DNA of 64,000 nucleotides from Candidatus Dormiibacterota bacterium (GCA_963718525.1 OY970355.1:320001-384000), one strand, 5' to 3'; counted from the first letter of the stretch, positions 1 through 11,519 are shown. Notes: generated by a model from the letters alone, not told the origin. Numbers and translations are program-made.

Positions 1-1
1 T

Positions 2-1063
2 CTCTACGAGGTGCCGGACACGAGCACGTTTCGATACCGCGTGTTCAACATGGTCGAGGCACTCGGTCTTGTCGAAGGGATTGCGGCGACCTGGTTCACC
101 GGTGGCGAGCTGCCGATACTCGAGCGGCTGATCGGAAATGTGAACACACTGATCATCTGCCGGACGCGCTACACCGCGCGGCTCGACCTGTTGGTGACGC
201 GAGCACGTGCCGCGGGCTGCCAAGTCCTGTTCGACGTTGACGACCTGATCTTCGATAGCCGCTACGTCAGCCTGGTCCTCGAGACACTCGATCAGCGTCA
301 GGGTGAGGCCATGCTCGATACGTGGTTCGCCAGCATGTCGCGCATCGGGGCGATGCTGCGCCTCTGCGAGGGAGCCATCTCCACGAATCGTTTCCTCTCA
401 GAGCGCATCGAAGATTTTGCACAGCTCCCCACGTGGGTCGTACCCAACTTTCTCAACAACCCGCAGCTGCAACGATCGTCGGACATCCGGCAGGCACGGC
501 GCGCCCCAGAGCCATCGGAGCGCGTCCAGACCATCGGCTATTTCAGCGGCTCGCCGACCCACAACCGCGATTTCGAGATCGTCTCGACCGCGCTGGCGAG
601 AGTCATGAGCCGCCACGCTGATCTCCGCCTGCTGATCGTCGGATACCTCGACGTCGGGCCCACGCTGCGCGCCTTCGATGACCGCGTCGAGATCCTCCCG
701 CTCACGGACTTCCTCACGCTGCAGTCGCTCATCGGCACCACCGGGCTCAACATCGTTCCCCTGCAGACCAACGCGTTCAGCAACTCGAAATCCGAGCTGA
801 AATATTTCGAGGCGGCCATCGTGAACACCCCGACGCTCGCGACCCCGACCTACAGCTTTCAACTCGCCATCGAAGACGCCGTCAACGGCTATCTCGTCGA
901 TGCGTACGACTGGGAGGCGCGCCTGGAACAGGCCGTTCGTGGCGAGCTCGACCTCGCCGGCGTCGCCGAGCGCGGTCTGGAGCATGTGCTCCGCTGGTAC
1001 ACGCCGGCTGCGCAGGTCGGTGCGATCCGCGAAGCAGTGCTCGGAACTCGAGTGCAAAGTTAG
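2..1063 (+). CDS. Glycosyltransferase, GT-B fold (GT4-like), 5'-truncated by window edge
   Basis: Frame is open back to the window start. Motifs FDVDDLIF, IGYFSGSPTH and KSELKYFEAA...TPTLAT are typical of GT4-like enzymes. Confidence 0.8.
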   Translation, partial: LYEVPDTSTFRYRVFNMVEALGLVEGIAATWFTGGELPILERLIGNVNTLIICRTRYTARLDLLVTRARAAGCQVLFDVDDLIFDSRYVSLVLETLDQRQGEAMLDTWFASMSRIGAMLRLCEGAISTNRFLSERIEDFAQLPTWVVPNFLNNPQLQRSSDIRQARRAPEPSERVQTIGYFSGSPTHNRDFEIVSTALARVMSRHADLRLLIVGYLDVGPTLRAFDDRVEILPLTDFLTLQSLIGTTGLNIVPLQTNAFSNSKSELKYFEAAIVNTPTLATPTYSFQLAIEDAVNGYLVDAYDWEARLEQAVRGELDLAGVAERGLEHVLRWYTPAAQVGAIREAVLGTRVQS

Positions 1064-1072
1064 ACTGCGGTC

Positions 1073-1430
1073 ATGACTTCTCATCTGGCAGTGCATCGTC
1101 ATCGACTGCACCGACCCAATGCTGGTCGCGTCCTTCTGGAGCGAGGCGCTCGGCCTCGAGCTGCATGGACCGGACGAGGGCGAGTGGTGGATCGAGCCCG
1201 GCGACGGAAGTCCCGACATCCTCTTCCTGCACGTCCCGGAGGGAAAGTCCGTCAAGGACCGCATCCACCTCGACCTGCGTCCGGACGACCAGGCCGCCGA
1301 GGTCGAGCGTCTGATCTCCCTCGGCGCTCGCCGGATCGACATCGGCCAGGGCGACGTGAGCTGGGTGGTGATGGCCGATCCGGAGGCCAACGAGTTCTGC
1401 GTCCTAGCGCCGAGGCCGGAAAATAAATAA
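1073..1430 (+). CDS. VOC/glyoxalase-like protein with an apparent +1 frameshift just after the start
   Basis: FWSEALG...K-R-IHLDL...VMADPEANEFCV motifs. The N-terminal IVIDCTDP is in frame with 1119, but the ATG at 1073 is one base out of frame. Confidence 0.8.
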
Positions 1431-1586
1431 CTGATCCGGGTGGCGGAGCGGGGGGAAGCGCCGATCTGCTGACCGGCGCCGCGCAAGACGTTCCCAGAAA
1501 GCTGAGTGATGGGGAGTCAGACCGGGCAGCTGAGCGGCGAGGGGTCCCCGCGCCGACAGGCCCTGGATCAGTTATTTATTTTCCGG
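1416..1586. mobile_element. MITE-like 171-bp element with perfect 22-bp terminal inverted repeats
   Basis: ccggaaaataaataactgatcc (1416-1437) is the exact reverse complement of ggatcagttatttattttccgg (1565-1586). It is AT-rich in a GC-rich context and has no internal transposase. Confidence 0.55.
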
Positions 1587-1591
1587 AAGGA

Positions 1592-1618
1592 GGGGCCGAG
1601 TCGAGGTAACCCGGCCCC
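1592..1618 (-). terminator. GC-rich hairpin downstream of glnA, likely terminator
   Basis: ggggccg...cggcccc stem about 45 bp after the glnA stop. The U-tract is weak. Confidence 0.45.
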
Positions 1619-1661
1619 CCTGTCCAGGAAGGAGTGTGCAGACGCAGTTCCTGAGCTGGGC

Positions 1662-3152
1662 TCAGGCGTCGTAGTACAGGGCGAACTCGTAGGGGTGCGG
1701 CCGCAGCGCAACCGGATCCACTTCGTTTTCGCGCTTGTACGAGATGTACATGTCGATCAGGTCCTGGGTGAACACGCCACCCTCGGTAAGGAAGTCGTTG
1801 TCGACCTCGAGCGCGTTCAGCACTTCGGTGAGCGAGCCGGGGAGGTCCTTGACCATCGCCTTCTCTTCGCCCTCGAGCTCGTAGAGGTCGGCTTCGATCG
1901 GCTTCGGGGGCTCGATCCGGCGCTTGACCCCGTCCAGGCCGGCCATGAGACAGGCCGCGAACGAGAGGTACGGGTTGCACATCGGGTCGGGCGAGCGGAA
2001 CTCGAGACGGCGCGCGGCCGGAGCCGGGCTGTAGGTTGGGATGCGCACGCAGGCGCTCCGGTTGCGGGCGCTGTACGCGAGCTTGATCGGCGCCTCGTAC
2101 CCGGGCACGAGCCTGCGATAGCTATTGGTGGTGGGAGCGGCAAAGGCGAGGATCGCCGGCGCGTGTGCGAGCAAGCCGCCGATGTACCAGCGCGCGGTGT
2201 CACTGAGCAGCGCGTAGCCATCCTTGTCGTAGAAGAGCGGCACTCCGTCCTTCCACAGTGACTGATGGGTGTGCATACCGCTGCCGTTGTCACCGAAGAG
2301 CGGCTTGGGCATGAACGTTGCCGTGTAGCCGTTCTGGTAGCAGACGTTCTTGACGATGTGCTTGTAGATGAGGACCTTGTCGGCCATCTTCACGAGCGAG
2401 TCGAAACGCATGTCGATCTCGGTCTGCCCCGCGGTGCCGACCTCGTGGTGATGGACCTCGATCGCGACACCGGCATCGATCAACGCGAGCACGATCTTGC
2501 TGCGCAAATCCTGGAGCTTGTCGACCGGCGGCGTCGGGAAGTAGCCCTGCTTCAGCCTCGGGCGGAAGCCCAGGTTGGCGGTGCCGTTCTTACCCGTGTT
2601 CCAGATTCCCTCGTCGGAATCGATGTGGTAGTAGCCCTCATGCGTGTTCTGGTCGTAGCGCACGGAGTTGAAGATGTAGAACTCGCACTCGGGTCCCCAG
2701 TACGACGTGTCCGCGATGCCGGTGCTGAGCAGGTACTCCTCGGCCTTGCGCGCGACGTAGCGGGGATCCCTGCTGTAGCTGGCAAGCGTCAGCGGGTCCT
2801 TGATGTCGCAGATGATCGCGAGAGTCGGAATCTCCAGGGTGCCGTCGACGAAGGTGCGGTCCGGGTCGGGGAACAGGAGCATGTCGCTCTCGTAGATCTT
2901 CTGGAAGCCGCGGATGCTCGACCCGTCGAAGCCGATGCCCTCGGAGAAGAGCGTCTCGGTCATCTCGCCGACCGGGATGCTGAAGTGCTGCCAGCTGCCG
3001 AGGAGATCCGTGAATCGGAGATCCACGATCTTGATACCAACGTCCTTCGCGTTGCGGATGACGTCCTTCGGCTTGGTCTCGGGCGTGCTTGTCGGAGACA
3101 TCATCGGTGTTCCCTCTAGTACCCGCACGTCTAGCGACTGATCGATGGCCAT
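1662..3152 (-). CDS. glnA: Glutamine synthetase type I (GSI-beta)
   Basis: FDGSSIRGF, HHHEVGTAGQ, FMPKPLFGDNGSGMHTHQS, NSYRRLVPGYEAP, adenylylation-like ADLYEL and C-terminal RPHPYEFALYYD. GGAAGGAG RBS upstream; a second possible start near 3104 has its own RBS. Confidence 0.97.
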   Translation of the reverse strand: MAIDQSLDVRVLEGTPMMSPTSTPETKPKDVIRNAKDVGIKIVDLRFTDLLGSWQHFSIPVGEMTETLFSEGIGFDGSSIRGFQKIYESDMLLFPDPDRTFVDGTLEIPTLAIICDIKDPLTLASYSRDPRYVARKAEEYLLSTGIADTSYWGPECEFYIFNSVRYDQNTHEGYYHIDSDEGIWNTGKNGTANLGFRPRLKQGYFPTPPVDKLQDLRSKIVLALIDAGVAIEVHHHEVGTAGQTEIDMRFDSLVKMADKVLIYKHIVKNVCYQNGYTATFMPKPLFGDNGSGMHTHQSLWKDGVPLFYDKDGYALLSDTARWYIGGLLAHAPAILAFAAPTTNSYRRLVPGYEAPIKLAYSARNRSACVRIPTYSPAPAARRLEFRSPDPMCNPYLSFAACLMAGLDGVKRRIEPPKPIEADLYELEGEEKAMVKDLPGSLTEVLNALEVDNDFLTEGGVFTQDLIDMYISYKRENEVDPVALRPHPYEFALYYDA

Positions 3153-3325
3153 AGGACTCCTTCCGCGACGGGTTGCCTACGTCGCCGCAGCCACTGAGTG
3201 GACCCCTCAGTCGCCGCGGCACTCTCTGCCTTGCAGACTAGGGCTCCGGCGAGCTCGAGACTATGGTCTCCCAGACCGATGGTTGGAGGGGGTGGCTTGT
3301 GCGCGACGCACAAACCGAACCCGGG

Positions 3326-3619
3326 TCAGGTCGCGACCGCTGGTTTGACCTCGGCGAGCTGCGACCGTGCGAGCGCCTTGTCCTTGAAGTAGATCTTGTT
3401 GATATCCACAAATTGGACCTGCGTCTCCGGGACGTCCTCTTCGGCATAGATGGCGTCGACCGGGCAGGGGTCGACGCAGGCACCGCAGTCGATGCACTCG
3501 TCGGGGTCGATGTAGACCATCCGATCCTCGGGGGCCTCGTGGATGCAGTCCACCGGACACACCTCGATGCAGGATTTGTCCTTCAGGTCGACGCAGGTCT
3601 CGGTGACGATGTAGGTCAT
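3326..3619 (-). CDS. fdxA: Dicluster (7Fe/8Fe) ferredoxin
   Basis: MTYIVTETCVDLKDKSCIEVCPVDCI and CIDCGACVDPCPVDAI cluster motifs. Confidence 0.92.
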   Translation of the reverse strand: MTYIVTETCVDLKDKSCIEVCPVDCIHEAPEDRMVYIDPDECIDCGACVDPCPVDAIYAEEDVPETQVQFVDINKIYFKDKALARSQLAEVKPAVAT

Positions 3620-3744
3620 GGCTTGTCCTCGAGTCTAGCAAGGGCTGCTCACCACGCTCGAGGTAACCAGCCCGCGTACCTGGTTACGTGGCGCTGCTCA
3701 AGGCAGTCTGGGGACGACCGTCCAGCGTCCAGGGAGAATCCACG

Positions 3745-4863
3745 GTGAGGGGAAGTCACCTCCTCGGATGCCTCGCGATGGTCGCCATCCCGATCGCCGG
3801 GCTCACGCTCGCTCAGGGCGCCGTCTCGGCATCGGGCCCGCTCATCGCCAACCTGACGCATGTCACGACGCTGGGGTCGACGGTTCCTCACAACGGGGGC
3901 GTGAATCCATACGGCATGGCGGTGGTCGAGCAGAACTGGGGCCGGCTGGTCGCGGGCGACGTGCTCGTGAGCAACTTCAACGCCTCGTCGAACCTCCAGG
4001 GCACCGGGACGACCATCGTGCAGATGACACCGCACGGCGGGCGATCGGTGTTCGCCCACATCACGTCCGGTGACGAGCGTGGCATCTGCACCGGCGGCGT
4101 GGGGCTGACCACCGCGCTCGCGATCCTGGGCCACCAGTGGGTCATCGTGGGATCGCTGCCGACCGCCGACGGTACCTCCGCAACCGCGAAGGCCGGCTGC
4201 CTGATCATCCTCAACAGCGACGGCAAGGTCGTCGAGACGCTGAACAACGCCTATGGGATCAATGGCCCCTGGGATCTCACCGCCGTCGATCGCGGTGCTG
4301 ACTCGGATGTCTTCGTGACCAATGTGCTCAACGGCACCGTGGCGGCAGGTGGCGCCGTGGTCAACCGTGGCACGGTGGTTCGTCTCGTGCTCCACACGGC
4401 TGGGAGTGCGGCCCCGTGGGTCGTCTCGAGCACGGTGGTCGCCTCGGGGTTCGCCGAGCGGACCGATCCCGCGGCTCTGGTGGTCGGACCGACCGGCGAT
4501 GCGGTCAACGCCGCTGGAACCCTCTTCGTCGCCGACACGGCCGACAACCGCCTCGCCGCCATTCCCGACGCATTCAGCAGGACGAGTTCGGCGCTCACGG
4601 GCGCCGACGTCACCAGCAACGGCTGGCTGAACGCCCCGCTCGGCATGGCGCTGGCGCCGAACGGCGACATCCTCACCGTCAATGCCGGGGATGGACGGAT
4701 CGTGGAAACGACGCCTGCCGGTGCGCAGGTGGCGTTCCAGTACCTCGACATGAGCGGCTCACCGCCAGGGAGCGGAGCCCTCTTCGGCCTTGTTGTCACT
4801 CCCAACGGCAGTGGTGTGTACTTCGTGGACGACGCGACCAACACGTTCGGGTTGCTCCATTAA
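3745..4863 (+). CDS. Secreted beta-propeller (NHL-like) protein
   Basis: Signal peptide after GTG 3745 (AGGGAG RBS). Repeated NPYG/GPWD/GPTG/APLG blade motifs and LFVADTADNRL. Confidence 0.65.
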   Translation: MRGSHLLGCLAMVAIPIAGLTLAQGAVSASGPLIANLTHVTTLGSTVPHNGGVNPYGMAVVEQNWGRLVAGDVLVSNFNASSNLQGTGTTIVQMTPHGGRSVFAHITSGDERGICTGGVGLTTALAILGHQWVIVGSLPTADGTSATAKAGCLIILNSDGKVVETLNNAYGINGPWDLTAVDRGADSDVFVTNVLNGTVAAGGAVVNRGTVVRLVLHTAGSAAPWVVSSTVVASGFAERTDPAALVVGPTGDAVNAAGTLFVADTADNRLAAIPDAFSRTSSALTGADVTSNGWLNAPLGMALAPNGDILTVNAGDGRIVETTPAGAQVAFQYLDMSGSPPGSGALFGLVVTPNGSGVYFVDDATNTFGLLH

Positions 4864-4884
4864 GCCCGCGCCGACCAAGGGCGC

Positions 4885-6552
4885 TCAGCCACCCGGGACT
4901 CCCTCCGGCTCTGGCTGAGCGCCCCGCGCGGCGCCTGCCTGGAGCACGTCGCGGATGCGCAGGCACAGGTGCAGATTGAGCCGGGTCGCCGGGTCGTCGA
5001 GGCGAAGCCGGCCCACCTCTTCGATCCGGCGGAGGCGGTACAGCACGGTATTGCGATGCAGCTTCAGACGCTGCGCCGTCTCCGTAGGTGAGCCGTTGGC
5101 CTCGAAGTACGCGTCCAGGGTGGCCATCAGCTCCGCGCTGGACCGCTCGTCGTAGGCGACCAGGTCACCCACGGTGCCCCGGTAGTAGTCGCTGAGCTCC
5201 GGATGCTGCGCCATCGCAAACAGGAGGCGGTGCAGGCCCAGGTCGGCAAAGCTGGCCTGTCGGCCGGGGCCGAGCAGGCGGCGGCTCATCTCGAGCGCGT
5301 GCTCGGCCTCCCGAAACGACTGGCGCACCCCCGAAACACCCTCGTGGGTGCGGCCCAGTCCCAACGACGTCGTCGCATCGCCGGTCGCGCGAGCGCACTC
5401 GCCTCGCACCAACTCCGCGAAGCGGTACATCGCGTCGACGGCTCCGTCGGCCTCCGGCATGACCACGACGCAGATCGCGTCCTCGTGAGCGGCAACCACG
5501 GCCCGGACCTCGCGGCGCGCCACAACGTTCTGTGCGGCGCGGAGCGCCCGAGACTCCCACGATGCCGAGGAGACCGCACCGCGGAGCGCGATCACCGCCA
5601 CACGCTGGGAGAGGTCCGCACCGAGCCGGCGTGCGCGCTCGAGCGCGACCCGCTCCGAGGAGTACGACCCGGTGAGCAGCGACGAGATGAACTCGCCCTC
5701 CAGCTTGTCTCGGGTCTCGGTCACTGCCCGCTCGCGATCGAACTCGATTGCACACGCGGAGGCGGCGCGCGCAACCGCGAGTCGTGCGATCTGGTCGAGG
5801 CGCTGCTCCTCGCCGATGACGCAGACGAAGCCGCCGATCCCGTTGCGCATCGGGACCGGGCTCACCAGCGACGCGAGCCCATTGCGGCCGACGGTGAACT
5901 CCCGAACCGGCGGGTCGGCCCCGACCGATGCGATGGTCCCGCCCCACCGCCGCAGGGCGTCGGCCCCGGCCTCGACGTCCGCGAGGAGGGTCACATCGGT
6001 GATCGTGATGTGACGCACCTCGCCCCCCTCGTCGAGCCAGGCGGCCGGGAGTGCAGTCACGGCGGCGAGCCGCTCGATGATCTTGTCGGGGCCCGCGCCA
6101 CCCAGAGCGAGATCCATGAGGGACAGCTGCAGCTCCTGCGCGCGCTCGTGCAGGAGTGCCCGCTGGTCGAGGATGTAGCGCACGCACGTGTGATGGGCAT
6201 CAGTGGCATGGATACCGTCGGGCAGCCGGAGCAGCGGCATCATCAGGCGGTCGGCGGCGGCGATGCTCTCCACCGAGACATCGCCGACGACCGCCACGGC
6301 GACCCCGCCCTTCTCCGCGAAGCTGACCATGACCTGGGGCAGGTCGAGACGCTCGTCGAGCAAGCGGATGCTCTTGACCGGAACGAATGCGATCTCCCCG
6401 CCCTTCACAGCCTCGAAAGCGGGTGGACGCGTCCGGAGTGCGCACGCCCATTCAACCCGGCGTTCGAGGCCGCCCCCGCCGCCGAGCAGGTCGGTGCCGG
6501 GCGGCAGCACTCCCCGCCACACGTCCTTGACGGTGATCGTCGGCGAGGTCAC
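4885..6552 (-). CDS. PucR/CdaR-family transcriptional regulator
   Basis: N-terminal PucR ligand domain (LLGGGGGLERRVEW), GGDEF-like middle region and C-terminal HTH TAQRLKLHRNTVLYRLRRI. GTG start lies 16 bp after the upstream stop. Confidence 0.92.
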   Translation of the reverse strand: MTSPTITVKDVWRGVLPPGTDLLGGGGGLERRVEWACALRTRPPAFEAVKGGEIAFVPVKSIRLLDERLDLPQVMVSFAEKGGVAVAVVGDVSVESIAAADRLMMPLLRLPDGIHATDAHHTCVRYILDQRALLHERAQELQLSLMDLALGGAGPDKIIERLAAVTALPAAWLDEGGEVRHITITDVTLLADVEAGADALRRWGGTIASVGADPPVREFTVGRNGLASLVSPVPMRNGIGGFVCVIGEEQRLDQIARLAVARAASACAIEFDRERAVTETRDKLEGEFISSLLTGSYSSERVALERARRLGADLSQRVAVIALRGAVSSASWESRALRAAQNVVARREVRAVVAAHEDAICVVVMPEADGAVDAMYRFAELVRGECARATGDATTSLGLGRTHEGVSGVRQSFREAEHALEMSRRLLGPGRQASFADLGLHRLLFAMAQHPELSDYYRGTVGDLVAYDERSSAELMATLDAYFEANGSPTETAQRLKLHRNTVLYRLRRIEEVGRLRLDDPATRLNLHLCLRIRDVLQAGAARGAQPEPEGVPGG

Positions 6553-6568
6553 GGTGCGAGCATCCCGA

Positions 6569-7909
6569 TCAGCAGCGCTCGAGGTACTGGTCGAGCTCCC
6601 AGGGTGTGACCTGACCGCGGTAAGCCTGCCATTCGAGCCGTTTGGCGGCGATGAACCGCTCCGCGAGGTGGTCACCCAGGGCATCGATGACAACCTCGTC
6701 AGCCTCGAGAGCGTCGATGGCGTCCTTGAGGTTGTCCGGCAGCACGCCGACATTGCGCCGCTCGAGCTCGGTCTCGTCGAACCCGTAGAGGGACTCCTCC
6801 ACGGGTGGGGGCAGCGGCAGGCGGCGCTCGATACCATCGAGCCCGCAGCGGAGCATCACGGCGAACGCGAGGTAGGGGTTGCACGACGGATCCGGGCTGC
6901 GCAGCTCCACCCTCGTCGCCTCGGCGCGACCGACGTGCGGGACGCGAATCAGTGCCCCCCGGTTGGTCCGGGCCCAGGAGATGAAGATCGGCGCTTCGAA
7001 GCCGCGCACCAGGCGCTTGTAGGAGTTCACGAGCGGGGCGAGCACGGCAGTGATGCCCGCTGCGTGGTGAAGCTGACCGGCGATGAAGTGCTGGGCAACG
7101 TCGCTGAGCCCGTACGCGTCGTCGCCCGCGAAGGCATTCGCCGAGTTGCGGAGACGCACGAGGCTCTGATGCACGTGCATCCCGCTGCCGGGCTTGCCAT
7201 CGAACGGCTTCGGCATGAAGGTCGCGATCACGCCGGACTGACCGGCGACAGCTTTGAGCGCATAGCGAAAGGTGATCAGATCGTCCGCGGACTTGAGGGC
7301 CTGCGCGGCGTCGATGTCGATCTCGTGCTGGCCCCCCGCGATCTCATGATGTGAGGTGTTGACGGCGATCCCCATGCTCATCAACGCGCTCACCATGCGC
7401 TGGCGCAGATCCCGGTTGCCGTCGCTTGAGAAGTCGAAATAGGAGCTGCGATCGTTGCGGGTCGGCACGAGCGAACCGTCGGCGCCGCGCTCGAGGAGGA
7501 AGAACTCCACCTCCGGCCCGACGTGATACTCGAAGCCGAGCCGCTCGCCGTCCTCGACCGCGCGCCGAAGCACCCCACGCGGGTCGCCCTGGTATGGCTC
7601 CCCGTCCGGTGTGGTGGCCCAGCAGATCAGCCGGGCGGTGCGCTCGTCACCCCATGGGAGGAGCTGGAAGGTCGATGGATCCGGCACCAGGTACATGTCG
7701 GATTCGGCCGTACGAGCGAACGAATCCACGGAGGACCCGTCGAACCAGGTCCCATGCTCGATCGCCTCGCCGAGCTGCGAGGCGGGGATCGTGACCGTCT
7801 TCACCCCACCGACGACGTCGGTGAACTGAAGGTCGATGTGGCGTACCTGCGCTTCCTCAACCCTGGCGAGGAGGTCAGGGGGCGCTTCCCTTCGGATCGA
7901 CGATGCCAA
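6569..7909 (-). CDS. Second glutamine-synthetase-family protein (GSI-alpha/GlnA2-like; possibly a gamma-glutamyl-amine ligase)
   Basis: FDGSSV, HHEIAGGQHEID, FMPKPFDGKPGSGMHVHQS, NSYKRLVRGFEAP and RVELRSPDPSCNPY. TTG start with GGAGG RBS. Confidence 0.9.
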   Translation of the reverse strand: MASSIRREAPPDLLARVEEAQVRHIDLQFTDVVGGVKTVTIPASQLGEAIEHGTWFDGSSVDSFARTAESDMYLVPDPSTFQLLPWGDERTARLICWATTPDGEPYQGDPRGVLRRAVEDGERLGFEYHVGPEVEFFLLERGADGSLVPTRNDRSSYFDFSSDGNRDLRQRMVSALMSMGIAVNTSHHEIAGGQHEIDIDAAQALKSADDLITFRYALKAVAGQSGVIATFMPKPFDGKPGSGMHVHQSLVRLRNSANAFAGDDAYGLSDVAQHFIAGQLHHAAGITAVLAPLVNSYKRLVRGFEAPIFISWARTNRGALIRVPHVGRAEATRVELRSPDPSCNPYLAFAVMLRCGLDGIERRLPLPPPVEESLYGFDETELERRNVGVLPDNLKDAIDALEADEVVIDALGDHLAERFIAAKRLEWQAYRGQVTPWELDQYLERC

Positions 7910-8080
7910 ATGAGAGCCTCCAACTGGGCGGAGCGCACAAGCGCGGGCGGCTCAGCAGATACTAGCGCACCTTCGGGTTTGATCAGCCGTCAAGAACAGC
8001 GCCAAATCTAGTGCGCGGCGCACAGCGAATGTGGATTCGACCGGGTTTCGAGGGCGCGTCCCCCATCGCAGCACCCCGGC

Positions 8081-8884
8081 TCAGCTCGCCTTGGCGACGG
8101 CGACCCCCATGCCACCGAACGTGGTCATCGCGGCGGCGAACGCCTGCGTGTTCATGGTCCGCTGGACCCCGTAGAGCACGTCGACGAAGGTCACGGTGCT
8201 GGTGACGGGGTCGTAGCCGATCACCGGCACGGCATGCTCCCCGATCGCCCACAGGACCCGGGTTCCGTCCCACGCGGTCCAGTAGCGCGGCGCATGCGCC
8301 TTGAAGTCGGAGGTCAGCCAGACCACCACGGAATTCCCCAGGCGCAACTGCGCGACGATCTCGGCGATGGTCCATCCGGTGTGGCCGTCGGCGACGGCGC
8401 CGTAGCGGTCCGCGGCGGCGACGATCGGCGGGTAGTAGACGCCATAGCCGGTGAAGTCCGGCTCGTAGCCGTTGACGTCACCGACGAACGCCGTGTAGGG
8501 GTCCCCCCAGCGCACCGGATAACCGTTGGGCCCGAGCTCGGGCGATCGCGCATCCTGGGGCAGGCTCGCATAGATCCGATCCTGGGGCACCTGGATGTTC
8601 TGCAGCGCGAGGGCAACCTCGAGCGCAGCCGACTCGCAGTCGAGCGCGAGATCCTGCTTGATGATCGGCCCCGGGAGATAGATGCTGCCGGCGTCAGTGC
8701 TGGCGGGCGTTCCCGTGGCAGCCGATCCGGTCGGAGTCGCGATCGCCGTCGACCCGGGGACCTGGGCGACCGCATGCGTTGCTGTGCCTTCCGCCAGGGT
8801 CCAGAGCGGCAGCGCGATTGCGGCGGCGAGGGTCAGCAACCCCACCGCCGCGAGCGCCGGGCGTCGCAGACGGATCATGGGCAT
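8081..8884 (-). CDS. Exported C39-like cysteine peptidase
   Basis: N-terminal hydrophobic segment; Q...CESAAL and HAVPVIGYD catalytic motifs. Confidence 0.8.
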   Translation of the reverse strand: MPMIRLRRPALAAVGLLTLAAAIALPLWTLAEGTATHAVAQVPGSTAIATPTGSAATGTPASTDAGSIYLPGPIIKQDLALDCESAALEVALALQNIQVPQDRIYASLPQDARSPELGPNGYPVRWGDPYTAFVGDVNGYEPDFTGYGVYYPPIVAAADRYGAVADGHTGWTIAEIVAQLRLGNSVVVWLTSDFKAHAPRYWTAWDGTRVLWAIGEHAVPVIGYDPVTSTVTFVDVLYGVQRTMNTQAFAAAMTTFGGMGVAVAKAS

Positions 8885-8946
8885 GGCCTGGTGTCCACGG
8901 TCATATCACTCTAACCAGCGCCCCGCGGCCTGGTTACATCGGTGCG

Positions 8947-10810
<1,864 letters not shown>

Positions 10811-10847
10811 GATGGTACGCCCACGGTCACAAACCAGCGATGGACTA

Positions 10848-10876
10848 TTGCAGAGATATCTCTCGAGAGATATACT
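10848..10876 (+). promoter_or_regulatory. Sigma70-type promoter with an 18-bp palindromic operator
   Basis: TTGCAG-17 nt-TATACT. Perfect palindrome atatctctcgagagatat at 10856-10873. ATG lies 7 nt after the -10. Confidence 0.75.
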
Positions 10877-10883
10877 TCGATAC

Positions 10884-11519
10884 ATGGATGTCGAAAACAA
10901 CCTCTCAAAACCTCAGAGCGATCCCACGGCAAGCGGCATCGCCAGCAACGAGCCGCGCAAGCTCACCGATCCCCGGGCAATGCGGGCGGTCGCACACCCA
11001 ATCCGGATCGCCATCCTCGAGGTCCTGGCCACCGAAGGGCCGCTGACCGCCACTCAGGCGGGCGAGCTCATCGGCGAGAGCCCCACCACCTGCTCCTTCC
11101 ACCTCCGTCAGCTCGCGAAGTACGGGTTCATCGAGGAGGTCGCCGGGGTTGCGGGGCGGAAGCGCCCGTGGCGGCTGGCGCATGCCGGGATGAGCTACTC
11201 CGATGTGAGCGACGACCCGGAGACCCGCCTTGCCGCGGCCGCGCTCAGCCGCGTCCTGCACGACTTCTACATCAACCGGCTCAAGGAAGGGCTCGAGCTG
11301 CGCCGGGACGTCCCGACGGAGTGGCAGCAAGCCACCGGCGCGAGCGAGTTTCTCCTGTACATCACCACCGAGGAGTTGCATCACATCGACGAGAGCGTCA
11401 CCGCACTCATCAAGCCGTATGTCGAGCGAATCGGCAACCCGAAGAAGCGGCCGAAGGGCTCGATTCCGATCGAGCTGCTGTTCTTCGCATATCCACGCCC
11501 CCCCCACCGCACCAGCTGA
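10884..11519 (+). CDS. ArsR-like winged-HTH transcriptional regulator
   Basis: MRAVAHPIRIAIL...TATQAGELIGESPTTCSFHLRQLAKYGF. Confidence 0.9.
   Translation: MDVENNLSKPQSDPTASGIASNEPRKLTDPRAMRAVAHPIRIAILEVLATEGPLTATQAGELIGESPTTCSFHLRQLAKYGFIEEVAGVAGRKRPWRLAHAGMSYSDVSDDPETRLAAAALSRVLHDFYINRLKEGLELRRDVPTEWQQATGASEFLLYITTEELHHIDESVTALIKPYVERIGNPKKRPKGSIPIELLFFAYPRPPHRTS

Noticed and set aside
5203-7354. Long plus-strand ORFs (468 aa and 383 aa), and similar ones such as 398-1486, 12449-13792, 58097-59173 and 61622-62635
   Set aside because: These are antisense or alternate-frame shadows of well-supported genes, expected at high GC, with no recognisable motifs.
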